Shown: positions 37,093-53,672, counted from the stretch's first letter. The stretch: 64,000 nucleotides of DNA from Macrostomum lignano (GCA_002269645.1 NIVC01000776.1:124001-188000), one strand, 5' to 3'. The notes: generated by a model from the letters alone, not told the origin. Program-made: numbers and translations.

Positions 37093-38301
37093 TCAAGGAC
37101 TTCTAGACTACAATAACAGGATGTAAAACTCAAAGATCATGAATTTTTTGGAGGCCAGAATTTCCTGGAAAAAATACACTGCAAAGATAGGAAAAAATCA
37201 GTTTTTGGTCACAAAATCAGTGATTGTATTTGATCTGGGGCAGTGAAGACTACTATTATTTTAATTTAACATGCACAACATGTTACTCTATTATATTTTC
37301 ATATAGCTGTGTAGTGAAGTTTTCATTTTCATATTGTTTTCACTTTATTTCATAAGCCCAAATTTGCAAATACTGACCTTAAAAAACAAGAATTTAAACA
37401 GGACTTTTGATTCAAAATTAGTGATTACTTAGGCATTCTTTTGTTTTATAATACTAGCATTTTGCATTAAATTTGTTATACAATACCCAATTGAAAATAG
37501 TAAGTAAAAAATTAAAGAAATAGAAATCTTGACAATCAAAAACCAAGTTTGTAGAACAAGGTTCTTATATTTACTTTCATTTTACAATGCCTGTAATTAG
37601 AGATATTCATTTCATAGTTTGGAATGCTCTATATGTAGAAAAAATGATCAAATTTTTTGGTCTATGCTGATATGCACCAAATACATTATCTTACACAGCT
37701 TCAAATTGTCAATTTTGAAATTTTGAAAAGTAAAAATTAATGATTGCATTTGTATAACTTTCATATAAAAAACAATAAACAACAAACCCTAGAAATCTGT
37801 GGTATATATGCCTTTTTCTTAACTCATTCCAGTCATTAATGATATTATATTATAAAAGTAAGGACAGAAATGTTAAGTCCAACAAGTTGAACAAAACTAT
37901 TTTAGTTTCCTATCTAGACGTTGTCCCAATCATTGTCAAAAAGATAGTCATCAGAACAAATAGGTGAAGTTGTTAGTGTATTGCAATTGTAGTTCCCAGA
38001 ATATAGTTCCAATTATAGAAAGCAGCAAAGACATTGATGCAAAATTTAATAGTAAATGAACTATGCATTATCATATAAAAACACAAGTTGGCATTCCCTT
38101 CACTTACATTTTATAATATATTATTAAGGATATTGTAAAACAAAACTAAATATAAGGATTGTGTTTTAGTAAGCTACAAGTAGGATTTTTGTAATTGGCT
38201 ATCTGTTCCAATTCTTACTATTCTCCATTGGGTATCATATAAAAATTTGAGACAAGTAATCAATTGAATATAAGTATCATAAGGGTCATTCTACAATAAG
38301 G

Positions 38302-38494
38302 CAATGGTTCTCAACCTGTGGGTTGCAACCCCCAGTGAGGTCGCGTGACCGTTTTTGGGGGGTTGCAACACTGAGAAATGTTTGAGTATGTCATACTTAA
38401 TGATGCATTATATTGATTATTAAAGGGGTCACAAACATTAAAACATTATGTAAGTTAATAAACTTGGGTTGCCTAAAAAGGTTGAGAACCCCTG
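38302..38494. mobile_element. 193-bp hAT (Charlie-like) MITE
   Basis: TIRs CAATGGTTCTCAACCT and AGGTTGAGAACCCCTG (14/16); 8-bp flanks CAATAAGG / CAATAAAG (7/8). Confidence 0.85.
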
Positions 38495-40099
38495 CAATAA
38501 AGGTTCCATCATGTTTTTTAACTTTAAGCACTTGTAACTTTTGAACCACAAAATAAAGGTAAATATCAACATGAAGTATTATTTGAGTTGCCGATGCATT
38601 TCGTCCATTTGCATTAGGACATCGTCAGGGTCTTTTTATTGAGAAACAATTTGAACGAATATTCAGTATATATAAATAGTTGAGAGTAACAAGAGTAGTT
38701 GAATTGAGTTTTTAATTGATGGTTTAAAACTTGTACATAGTAATCAATTTTTGATACAGTATTGGTTGGGTAAAGTGCATATTTGAATTAGAATTACTAG
38801 AAATGTAATTCTAGTCAGTTATTTCTCTATATATCACTCAAATACCAAAGTTTAATGTTAGTAGAATGAATATAGCTAAGCTATACTGCTTAGCTATTGC
38901 TATTACTGCCCATGTCTCTCTTGCAATCCAAGAAGAGCCTATTGCTATGGCTGCTACAAAAGTTAACAATCTTTTTGAAAAACTTGCTGGCTTTGCTGTG
39001 CTACCTGCTGGCTTTGCCAAGTCTTTTGCTGGCTTTGCAACACCACCTGCTAGCTTTGCTAAGTTGCCTTCTGACTTTGCTATGCTATCTGCTGGCTTGA
39101 CATAATTAAAACAAAATTGCCTTTTTTATGGCAATATATTAATTATGCAAAGACTTATGGCAATATATTAAATTTCAACAAGTATTGTAGCTTGATAAAT
39201 TTGCTAAAAGAAAAAATTTAGGAACATCTTCTATATACTGATTTCCTACTATTATAATATATGAAGTTTATGATTTATTTACTGTAGACAATAAGACTTG
39301 CTACTATACTATATTTACTTACTCATTAAAATGAATGTTTTGGTCATTGACTTAGTAGCTTTCTAGTATTAGATAGCATTATAACAAGTTTTGAAGCATA
39401 GAAATAGTGTTACTCAGGTTTGAAGTCCCTTAGGTAATTTTTTACTTAAAATAGCTCATAGATTAATTTCTAGGAGTCAAAAAGTTAACTAATGGAACTT
39501 GAAAATTGCTATAAAATATACTTTAGAATGCTTCTATGCTTTAGAACAATTATAGTTAGTAAAAATGCTTTTTGTAATCTTCCCACTTGTCATTTAATCA
39601 ATGCACCCACTTTAAGCCATAGAAAACTTGCAGATATTTTTGCAACAGGCCCATGAGAATGAGAATTGCCTGCTAAGATTTAGCTACAAGAGATTTGCCC
39701 ACTGAGATTTGCCCCTAGTGCAGGATATAAATGTTTGAATTGAAAAAAAATGTATAATACAATGGGTTTTCAAATAAACGAAGAACATGAGCAATAGCAA
39801 ATGGGTTTTTCAAAGGAATGGAAAACAGTTTTTTAGTCTTACCAATTAAATACTATAATAATATTTGTTAACAAACTTCAAATTGTTATTTTCCTTGGCT
39901 ATGTTCTTGAGAAAGGACCTGAATTATGAAAAGTAATTATTAGAAAAACAGAATAACAATCATGCAATGCAATTGCATTGACACACAGGGACTTGCTATA
40001 GTCTAATCTTGATATTTTCAAAACAGATGATTACAAACAATGGGACCATAGAAATATATGATGTGAGTAGAGCCAAAGATTTCCAGATATATGGGGCGT

Positions 40100-40410
40100 T
40101 GTCATTTACTGCTGCCAAGGCACTGGCCAACATTGTTATCTTGTGGCTGTCTACTAGCTAGGTGAAATTGTCTTTAGGCTCTCCACCATTGCCACCAAGA
40201 CCTAGCTAAGCAACATTGGCTTTTGGCTATCCACTGGTGCTGCTCAGACCTGGCTAGCGAATGTTGTCTTGCAACTGCCCACTGGCACCACCAAGACCTG
40301 ACTAGGTGATGTTGGCTTGTCACTATCACCACCAAGATCCAGCTAGACAATGTCTTGTGGCTGTCTTCCACTGCTGCCAAGGATTTAGCTAGACAACATC
40401 TGGCAACTGA
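40100..40410. repeat. Degenerate tandem repeat of about 45 bp (CCACCAAGACCTAGCTAG core), with an orphan copy at 41322-41360
   Basis: About 6 diverged units next to the MULE remnant. Confidence 0.7.
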
Positions 40411-40449
40411 ACTACAGCCAGTTGACAATTGAGCAGCATCATGTAGGGT

Positions 40450-41050
40450 TATTCAGAGGGAGACCAGCTGATACACTCAACTTGCATAGAACCTTCAGAG
40501 AAGTTGTTTGTCCATTGCTTAATAGGTTATACTGCTGCCAAATTTGGATACTTTTAAGCACATTGCATTTCCTCAATCTTGGCAGATTGCAACACCACAT
40601 TTTAGTCTATTTAGACTAGCTGCACAGGTTGAAAAAAGGAATTTTGTTAAGGAATAAAGCGATAGAATCCTATATATTGGGATAAAATGTCTCTGCAAAG
40701 GTCCAATTGACTATGGTAGGATTCCTGCTTACTATTAGTCCTGTGTTAGCAGTTGTGTATGGAGAGGAATGGCTATACCAACCCTCTTAAGCCAGTAGGT
40801 CTAGATGTATGTGTGGAAGCACAAAAGCAATCTCACATAGCTTCAAATGTTTTCAAATAAGTTGTAACACACTTCATTCCATACTCCAAGCTTTTTTAGC
40901 TTTGTGAGGACAGCTTGTGTGTAGTGAAACCAACCAACATCCATGAGCAATTGTTGGAAATGTTTCCAGCAGAGAATCTCAGCACAATCTTGTAGTCCAT
41001 CACGACATTCATTGGCTTGAATGCAGGGAGCAGCAATTTTACCTTTGACC
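40450..41050 (-). pseudogene. Decayed Mutator-like (MULE) transposase fragment
   Basis: Minus strand across frameshifts: FKPMNVVMDYKIVL, FPTIAHGCW-FHYTQAVLTKLKKLGV (the MULE FP...GCxFHxxQA motif) and WTNNFSEG (the TNNxxE motif); multiple stops. Confidence 0.72.
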
Positions 41051-42135
41051 TACACTAAATGGTAGATGGCCTTTGTCTAACCTGTAAGTAGTGCAAGCAA
41101 AGAAGCAAATAAAGAAACTTTGCTTCATGATTCCGATGGTCACTAATTGAAAAAATAGGCCAGGCATAACTCAGAATGTACCATCAACAAAAATTTTGCT
41201 TACATTTTGAAGCTCAGCTAGCAGTTCAGGGTGGGAAAAAACAGAAGCCTGGCTGCTTCTTTGAAAAAACTTCTTGCCATCTACTCTGCAGTTTTGAGGA
41301 TGCATGTCCTTTTCATGTAGCTGTCCACCACTGCCACCAAGACCTAGCTAGGTGACATCTTGACATATCTTTATACCATATAGATTCTTAGGTCTAAATT
41401 CAAGATACCAAAAAACAGGATGCAAACGGCCTTAGTAAGAAGATAATGTTGTGTCCCGAGACGGACCAGCCAGCTACGTCTGGCGCTCTGTACGAGCAGG
41501 AAAACGCAGCCCCAGTCCTGCTGCTTGCCAACTCTGTCGCACAAACGCGCAGGCAGTAGGCCAGCAACCAGGGTCGCAGCGAACGCACAGGCCCCGGTGA
41601 CAAAGTCCTAGAGGCACTTGACCCCGAAATAACAGGAACAGAACGATACTTACTGTGGCGCGGATACTTGGCGCGCTGGGCGTCTATGTTGAACACGATT
41701 GTTGGCACGCTTGTTTTTGGTTTATTGTCATATACTATTTGCGGCGAAGGAGTCAGAGGAGAAGCGGTCGCATGGGGGGGGGGAGAGGACAGGAGCGCAC
41801 GCCAATAAATATCTGCCAGCACAGCAGGGTAAGAGAAAAGGCGGGGTGCGCAGAGAGAGCGAGCGGGGATTGGCTGCAGCCACACAAAACGCGACTGGGG
41901 GGTAGAAAACCAGAATTACAGAAAACAGCGACAGCCAATGAGAGAGCACGGAGGGGGAGGGATAATAATAATCAGGGGTGAGAAAGTTGCAGACATAGGC
42001 TGGACAAATAAACAACTACAATAATAGTTCATCAATTGATTGGGTCTAGTGCAGTAGCACCAAAAATAAATAAAGTACTCTAAGAAAATAGCTCACAACA
42101 AGTTGCAAGCATGGAAGGGGTGGGGAGGGTTGGCA

Positions 42136-42139
<4 letters not shown>

Positions 42140-42183
<44 letters not shown>
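42140..42183. repeat. (GA)n microsatellite
   Basis: About 21 dinucleotide units. Confidence 0.97.
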
Positions 42184-42185
<2 letters not shown>

Positions 42186-42404
42186 ACAGCAAGGGCAAAT
42201 ACATTGAGTTACGAATATGTATGAGTTATGAGTTACAAATATGTTTCTACAGTTTTAATAATTAATAAGTATAGTTCTGGTCTAGCTTAATTCTAGATTG
42301 TTTGAAAACAATTTTCAGATATTTTATAAAATTATTAATGTTTGAATTAAAAAAACAATATAGATTATGGATTTAGAAATTTTCCAAAATGTCAACTTTT
42401 TAAA

Positions 42405-42682
42405 ATAATAATAATTGATTACACCTGCCCTAATAGGCAGTTGTGCAACTGACGGCTCAGCCAAGCTACTCGTATTGTGTGGTGAATCTGAAAGCTGCAT
42501 ACGGCTGTTCAGTCCAAAGACTGGGGGGTCGTCACACACCCTCAATTACCCCAGCTAGTGCTGGCACCCATTTTACAGCTGGGTGAACTGAAGCAATGCA
42601 GAGTCAAGTGTCTTGCTCAAGGACACAAATTGTTCCGAGTGAGTCGAGAATCGAACCCCTGACACTAACCACTAGGCTACAG
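42405..42682 (-). mobile_element. tRNA-derived CORE-SINE (MIR-like central domain)
   Basis: Minus strand: A-box GTAGCCTAGTGGTTAG, B-box GGTTCGATTCTC, then TGTGTCCTTGAGCAAGACACTTGAC...CTTCAGTTCACCCAGCTGTAAAATGGG resembling the CORE domain; (ATT)n tail near 42405. Confidence 0.78.
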
Positions 42683-42873
42683 TCCCCTTAGTGGCTTTAT
42701 CTCTTTATTACTAATCCGATTGTAACAATGAGATGACTCCTAAAGCAAAATTTAGTCTAGTCTACGAAATTTTTTCTTTTAGACTGTTTTGTACTTTGGA
42801 CTTTTAATAGATCCGCAGGAGCCACTGGGTTCTTTTAATCTCACCCATTCTCACCACCTTTTTGTTTAGCCAG

Positions 42874-46457
<3,584 letters not shown>

Positions 46458-47277
46458 CTGACCCGGTTGCCATGGCAATTGGGACTGGAGCCGGATTAAC
46501 TTTTGATTTTTTTTTCTTCGTATTATGAAATTGGTGCGCCGGTCAGGGTTCAGCTGTCAGGCAGTCCCTCAGGTCTGCAAGCTTAGCTAAAATGACAGAA
46601 ATATTTACGTCGTTGCATATCACTAAACCAAGACAACAGTTTTATCTTATCCTAGAACTTGCGCTACTAACAGACTAGTAGTATGTTTGGTTACTGTATG
46701 GAAATAACCGCTGTGTACACTCGCTGCTGTACATGTAGTTTTTCTGCTATACTGCGCGTTCAGGTAAAAACTAACAATAAAATAGCTTTTTTAAAATTAA
46801 TTATCGGCAGGCAACGTCCTGGTGCTAAACTTTGACCAGTTGTTTTTCCTCAGTAGTACGGCAGCCCCAGCAAGTCATGGCTTAATCCTCCTGTCCGCCC
46901 CGCCTAATCTCGCTTTCCTGCCTGGCTTCTGTTATACCTTTGTCTCTGTTGTTGCCGCTGCTTCAGTTTCTGCAACTCAATTCCACTGTGGGCGTTGTAA
47001 TACTTTTTGTTAAAATTGCTTTCACAACTTGGCACCGATTCAATAGTTCAATTTTCGTAGCATATTTATAATCTTTTCTATTAGGAAAGAATTCCCAGGC
47101 TCAATTCTGTCATAGTCCCTGTACAAAGCCTCATTATTAATCCGCATTGCGTGATTCCCGTTTTTTACTTTCTTAGCTTCGGTTCGTTTTACAATTGTTT
47201 AGGCGCTGCCGGTTTTGTATGTTTGTTTGTTTATTCCAACAATATGACTGAAAATTCTCCTTTTTGAGAGATGCGTT

Positions 47278-47280
<3 letters not shown>

Positions 47281-47342
<62 letters not shown>
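47281..47342. repeat. (TG)n microsatellite
   Basis: About 31 dinucleotide units. Confidence 0.97.
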
Positions 47343-47346
<4 letters not shown>

Positions 47347-47680
47347 ATACTTGCCCGCCCAGCGACTCCAGTTGCTGTCCCCGCTGTTGTGCCGCTAACC
47401 ATTGATCGATCTCATCAGGCATTGTTAAATAATAAATCATGTTTTGACACGCCGCCATTGCTGATAGGCAGCCCCAGAATTTCAGGTCTCCTCTCTATCT
47501 GATCGGTAAAGCCAATTGGATTCTGCCCGGTCTTCGATCTTTTTTGACTTTATTTAAATATTTGAGAAATTCAAGTTGCATTCCGAATGCCGAACAAGAT
47601 CGAATATCAACAATAAACAGCAGCAGCAATTGCACAAGTGTAATCAAGGTATTCGGACAGCAGCCGCAAATAAATGCCTG

Positions 47681-50600
47681 TCAATCATCGTCCAGCAGCA
47701 GGCTAATCAGCTGCTGAGCCCGTGGGCTGAGGTCCGAGGATATCAGCGGTTGCGGCGGCAGCGGTGCGTCCGGCAGCCAGACTTGCAGCTCCGCCGAATG
47801 CGTCGGGACTGTCGCGGAACTGGCAGCCGCGGCGAGCTGATGCGGCTGCTGATGCGGCTCCGCTGACAGGCCGAGCTCCGCTTCAACCAGCGGCTGGTCG
47901 GACGGCCTGGCCGGCAGCAGCAGTGCCTGTTCGGCCACAGTGGCTCTGCGCACCGCCTCGGCAGCCGGCGTGTGCAGCAGGCGGGCTGTCAGATCGGCGT
48001 GCGCCCGGTGCACGTGGCGGCAAAAGCCGGTCTGGCCCGCCGGCCGGCAGTCGCAGCGGTACAGGTGCGGGCACAGGCCGGCACAGGCGGCGGACGGGCA
48101 GAGTCGGAAGCAGAGCCGCTCCGGACAGACGGAGCGAACCCGACGGACCAGCTGGTTGCCGGCCACGAGGCAGGGCTGCCCGGCCAGCTGCGCCTGCAAG
48201 AGTGCGACAGCAGTGCATGTACAGCATTGCGAGCTGAATTCAGAAAGCATATTCATGGACACCCACATATTCATGGACACCCGCATATTCATGGACACCC
48301 GCATATTCATGGACACCCACATATTCATGGACACCCGCATATTCATGGACACCCGCATATTCATGGACACCCGCGTATTCATGGACACCCACATATTCAT
48401 GGACACCCGCATATTCATGGACACCCACATATTCATGGACAACCACATATTCATGGACACCCGCATATCCATGGACACCCACATATTCATGGACACCCGC
48501 ATATTCATGGACACCCGCATATTCATGGACACCCGCGTATTCATGGACACCCACATATTCATGGACACCTGCATATGGACACCCACATATTCATGGACAC
48601 CCACATATTCATGGACACCCGCATATTCATGGACACCTGCATATGGACACCCACATATTCATGGACACCCACATATTCATGGACACCCGCATATTCATGG
48701 ACACCCACATATTCATGGACACCCACATATTCATGGACACCCGCATATTCATGGACACCCGCTCACCTGGATCTCCCTCGGACAGAACTGATCGGCCAAA
48801 TCCGGCCAGGCGGGCCCGCTGTGAATGGCCGGCGCGTCTGTCCGAAAAGCCGCCGTCACCGGGGCGGTGGCGGTGTCGCCGGCCAGGGACTCCCGGTGGC
48901 TATCGAGGTCGTCGTCCAGCTCGCAGCAGCTGCGGCGCCAGTCAGCCGCCTCAAGCACCAGCGCCAGCAGGCGGTCGGGCCGGCGCGTCCGTCCGGCGAA
49001 GTGCAGGGGTAGCAGACCGAGCAGTCCCGGGTTCGAGTGCAGCCGCATCTCCACCCAGCGAAGGCGGGCCGGCTTGGCCGCGTCCGCCCACAGCTGCGGC
49101 CAGCGGGCAAGGCGGTCGGCGCGAGCCGCCAGCTCCGGCGAGACGCGGCGGAATTTTCTGGCGAATTCTGACAGGGCGGCGGAGGCCCGGCCGAGCTGCG
49201 GCTGCACTGCCGCGGCGTGGAGCTCCAGCAGCAGCAGGGCGGCCACGTCCCACTGGTCCGGGCGGGCCTGCGGTTGAGTGACAGTGGAGTGGACTGAGGA
49301 AAATGGGGAGAACTGAGGACAATGCGGAGGAATGAGGACGCAATGCGGTGGACTGAGGACGCAATGCGGAGGACTGAGGGCGCAATGCGGTGGACTGAGG
49401 ACACGATTGGGACGACTGACACAATGGGGAGGTCTAAAAACAGGGGAGTGGACTGAAGAGACAATCAGATGGCAGACGCTCACCTGCAGGCAGCGCCGCC
49501 AGCTCCTCAGCAGCTGCAGCCGCTCGGCAAAGCAGCCGGCAGCCCTGGGGAACACGCGGGCCCCGGCAGTGGCGCCCAGCAGTCCGGGCGGCAGCAGCAG
49601 CCAGCCGGTGAAGGCGCAGCCGGAGTCGGAGCGAGGCGAATCGGCCGCTGCGGTGACGCAGCAGCGCAGCCAGTCCTCAACGCGAGTCTCGGTGACTCGG
49701 TCAGTCAGCAACCAGCCGCCTGTCTGTGGCCGCCCTGAAATGCCAAGCAGCAATCAAGCATGTACCATCTAAGCATCTTGTACAGAATGCTCAACAACAC
49801 TCAATAAAGTCGATAGGGTTATTTTTCTCATTCAAAACTGCATAAAGTTGCCGACTGCCTCACCCTCAGCATCCAGCAGCAGCAGGCAGAGCACGCTGAG
49901 CTCCTCGGGGTCGGAGCTCTCGTAGACGCAGTCGATGACCAGAGCTTCGGCGCTGGAAAGACGCTGCGCCAGCAGCTGCCGCTCTGACGGCGCCTGCAGC
50001 GTCAGCGCGCAGCCGAGCGCGCCGTCAGACGGGTGAAAGCCGGCGCCAAGCCGGACGCGGTTTCTGAAGCACCAGGAGCGTCGGAACTGGCACAGCAGCA
50101 GCGGGCTGGCCGGCCCGGCCGCCAGTTCGGCCAGCAGTCGCTCCTCGACCGCCTGCCACGGCTGCTGGCCGCCCAGGGCATGGCCGCGTAGGGCCTCGCG
50201 CGTCAGGCGCCGGGCCAGCCGGGGGTCGCACAGCCGGTCGGGCTCCTCAGTAGACAGCAGCGCCGAGCGCAGCGCGCGGGCGCGCACGTCTGGCACGTGA
50301 CTGGCTTCGCCAGCGCTGAAGCGGGTGCGGGCGGGCGGCCGGTGCTCCGGGTGGTGGCGGTGCAGCAGGGAGTAGCGAATCCGGTAGCCGGCCAGGCCGC
50401 CCGGCCGCCTGGAGGCGATGATGCGGGCCGGGCAGGCCAGGCGGGTCCGCCAGCCCGCGCTGCAGCTGTGCACGCAGTAGCGAACCGCGCCGGGCTCGCC
50501 GCCGCCGCCCTCCCGCCGCAGGCTGCTGACATAGTACCGGCAGCCGACGCTGGCCTCGTGGCTGAGGCGCCAGGCTGTCAGCTCGGCGTGGCTGGCCACC

Positions 50601-50902
50601 TCGGCGCTGCGCCACTCGCCGCTGACGCCGGCCCATCCCGGCTTCTTTGCTGGGCCGGTCGGGCGGCTCCGCTTTCTGGGCGGCTGCTCGGGAGACTCCT
50701 GCCGGTGCAGCAGCGCGTGCCGCAGGCGGAGGTGCCGGCGCAGGTTAGCCAAGAGGCGGAACTGCCGGCCGCACAGCGGGCAGGGCCGGTCGCGCCGCTT
50801 CGCAGATCCGGACTCGTCGCCGTCGCCGTCGCCGTCCAGCAGAGCCTCCAGCTCGTGGCATTGCCGTTGGATTTCTTCCACTGGCGGGAACTCGATGCGC
50901 GA
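47681..50902 (-). CDS. C2H2 + WRKY/GCM1-like + MULE-core + SWIM zinc-finger protein; probable domesticated Mutator-like transposase (start codon not located)
   Basis: Exons 49864-50902, 49484-49734, 48767-49267, 47681-48193 (GT-AG, 2304 nt, in frame). Motifs CPLC...HLRLRH; YCVHSC...CPARII...YSLLHRHH; LVIDCVYES...LSVLCLLLLDAEG.RP...WLLTD; CPHLYRCDC...FCRHVH. Confidence 0.78.
48247..48760. repeat. 18-bp minisatellite, about 28 copies, intron of the MULE-derived gene
   Basis: Unit CATATTCATGGACACCC(G/A). Confidence 0.95.
49290..49430. repeat. 21-bp degenerate minisatellite, intron of the MULE-derived gene
   Basis: Unit GACTGAGGACGCAATGCGG(T/A)G. Confidence 0.8.
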
Positions 50903-52114
50903 CTGCAGATGGGAAATTGTTGATAATATTAAAATTCCCTTTGCGAGATTCTACCTGTGTCGTCACCTGTGACACGCACACGCTCGAAGCTCTATTTCAA
51001 CAATCAGTGTGCAACCTTTTCGGAAACATATTGTACACCACAAACCCCCTGCACCGCTTTGATATTTATGGCATTTATGCATAATAAAAAAGTAAGGAAA
51101 CAAAAAGACCAAATCATCCCGAAGCAAAAGAAATTCGTCACTGTTTTACTATTTTTTTATCTTTTCAGCGAGCAAGCGCAACAGAAACTAATTGAAAGAA
51201 AGTGAGCCAGTCAAGCAAGTCGATAAGCACTGACTGCGGATTCCAATGCATGGGGAATGTCGGATAGGGCGGGACAGAGTTATACTCAGCTAGGTAAAAT
51301 AATATATAATGCGACGGCGCGTGTAATATGATGTATTATTAGCTGATAAATAGCAAACGGATTAACACTGACCAGATTGACCATAATAGCAAAGGAGGTG
51401 AATATAACAATGCAAAGCAGCGGAGACTCCCACACACCAATACAGGAAAGCAGCAAGCAGAAACACTTTATAGCGGAAGACGGGCACAACAAATAAACGG
51501 ACAAGCGTTCCGATGAAAAACGGTACCCCAAGGCCAGGAAGCGTCCCAGAGTCACTTGCGTCGCCCAGGTAACAACACAGGTAAAATAGGACAGAAGCGA
51601 CTCTAGAGGACTCTAAAAGGACGAGAAGTCACGGTGAAGGACGCCAAAAAAGTCGTAAAAGAGTCGCCTAAGAGCCTATTTGAGGCGTGAGTCTGGGGCG
51701 CTTCTAGAATGACTCCGGGGCCGTAGAATCGTATCTCAGGCGTTGCTTGCTTGAGTCAGAATTGCATTTCGCATTTATAAAAACTCTTATTAGTGTACTC
51801 AAGATAGTAGTAAGCTAAGCGCTAACAAACCGACTATTGAACAAATCTTTCGCGTGTTGGCAATGACTCCAGCGATTTTCGTAACGGTAACGTTTTCAAC
51901 GGGGCGGTGGATTGGATAAGCGAATGAACAACAGAATAGCGCATAAAACTGCATTTCAATTTCAATCACAATCATCAAAAACATCTTAAATCAAACAGAT
52001 ATAACGAGCCAACACGCAATGGGAACCCATCGAATTTAAATCTCAATCGATCCGGGGCGGACAGCTGCTTTAGGGACAATTTGTCTCGCAAACAGAGAGC
52101 TGCGCTCGCAACTG

Positions 52115-53109
52115 TCAAAGACGGCCCATTTGAGCGCGCAAATCCTCCAGACTCAGGCCGGAGTCCTGCACTGCGGCGGCAGGGGCGGCGGCATCAGCGG
52201 CAGCGGCGGGCACCGAGTAGGCCGTGCGGACACCGCCGCCGGCTCCAACAGAGCGGCCGGCCGCCGCCTCGTCACCGCCCTCCTCAACCAGCTCGATGCA
52301 CCAGTCGTTCTCCGAGTGGACTGCGGCCGCAGCGGCCGACGAGTCCTGCTCCGCTGAGTCAGGCGTGGCGGCGGCGGCAGCAGCGGCGTCGGCCTTGGCG
52401 GCCTCGCGCTGACGGCGCTGGCAGGCGGGCTCGGCGCAGTCGGGATTGGGCTTGAGCGACTCCACCGGGAAGAAGTCGGTCATGGCCGAGTAGCCCAGGT
52501 AGGGAGACACCCGGCCGAAGCCCAGCAGCAGCTTGAGGGTGGCTTGGACCAGCAGGCCGGCCACGATGCCCATTGTGGTGGGCAGGGACGCCGCGCAGAC
52601 GCCCTCCCGCTTCAGCGTCCGCTCATCGCCGCCTTCGGCCACGACAAGCGGCGGCAGGCAGGCGAAGCAGGGCGTCCGGCCCGGCCGCATCAGCTGCACG
52701 TGGCCGCTGACGGCGTCCTCGGAGACGCCGGACTCCAGCCAGGTGAGGCCGAGCTCGGTGCACATGGCGCTGACCGCCACGCGGGCCTCGTAGTTGTCAA
52801 CGCAGGCCAGCAGCGTCTGTACGGGGCCGCCGTCGGGCAGGCCGCCTTCGGCTGCGCGAGACCGGAGCAGCTCGTAGCCTTCCATTGTTGTCACGTTGCA
52901 GGAGTGCGCCTCGATCTGATGGAGTTGAAGCGGGTCGGCGCTATCCTGCTGCAGCAGACAGACAGACAGACAGACAGACAGACAGTCAGACAGACAGTCA
53001 GTCAGTCAGACAGACAGACAGACAGACAGACAGTCAGTCAGTCAGACAGACAGTCAGTCAGTCAGTCAGACAGAGAGAGACAGACAGACAGACAGACAGA
53101 GAGACAGAC

Positions 53110-53146
<37 letters not shown>

Positions 53147-53149
53147 GTC

Positions 53150-53232
<83 letters not shown>

Positions 53233-53235
53233 CTA

Positions 53236-53292
<57 letters not shown>

Positions 53293-53305
53293 TACATACA
53301 TACAT

Positions 53306-53386
<81 letters not shown>

Positions 53387-53477
53387 AAGACGGACGGACA
53401 GACAGACAGACGAACAGACAGACAGACAGACAGACAGAAAGACGGACGGACAGACAGACAGACAGACATACATACAT

Positions 53478-53510
<33 letters not shown>

Positions 53511-53541
53511 AAGATGGACAGACAGACAGACAGACATACAT

Positions 53542-53582
<41 letters not shown>

Positions 53583-53627
53583 AAGACAGCCAAGCAGACA
53601 GACAGACAGACAGAAAGACAGACAAGC

Positions 53628-53672
<45 letters not shown>

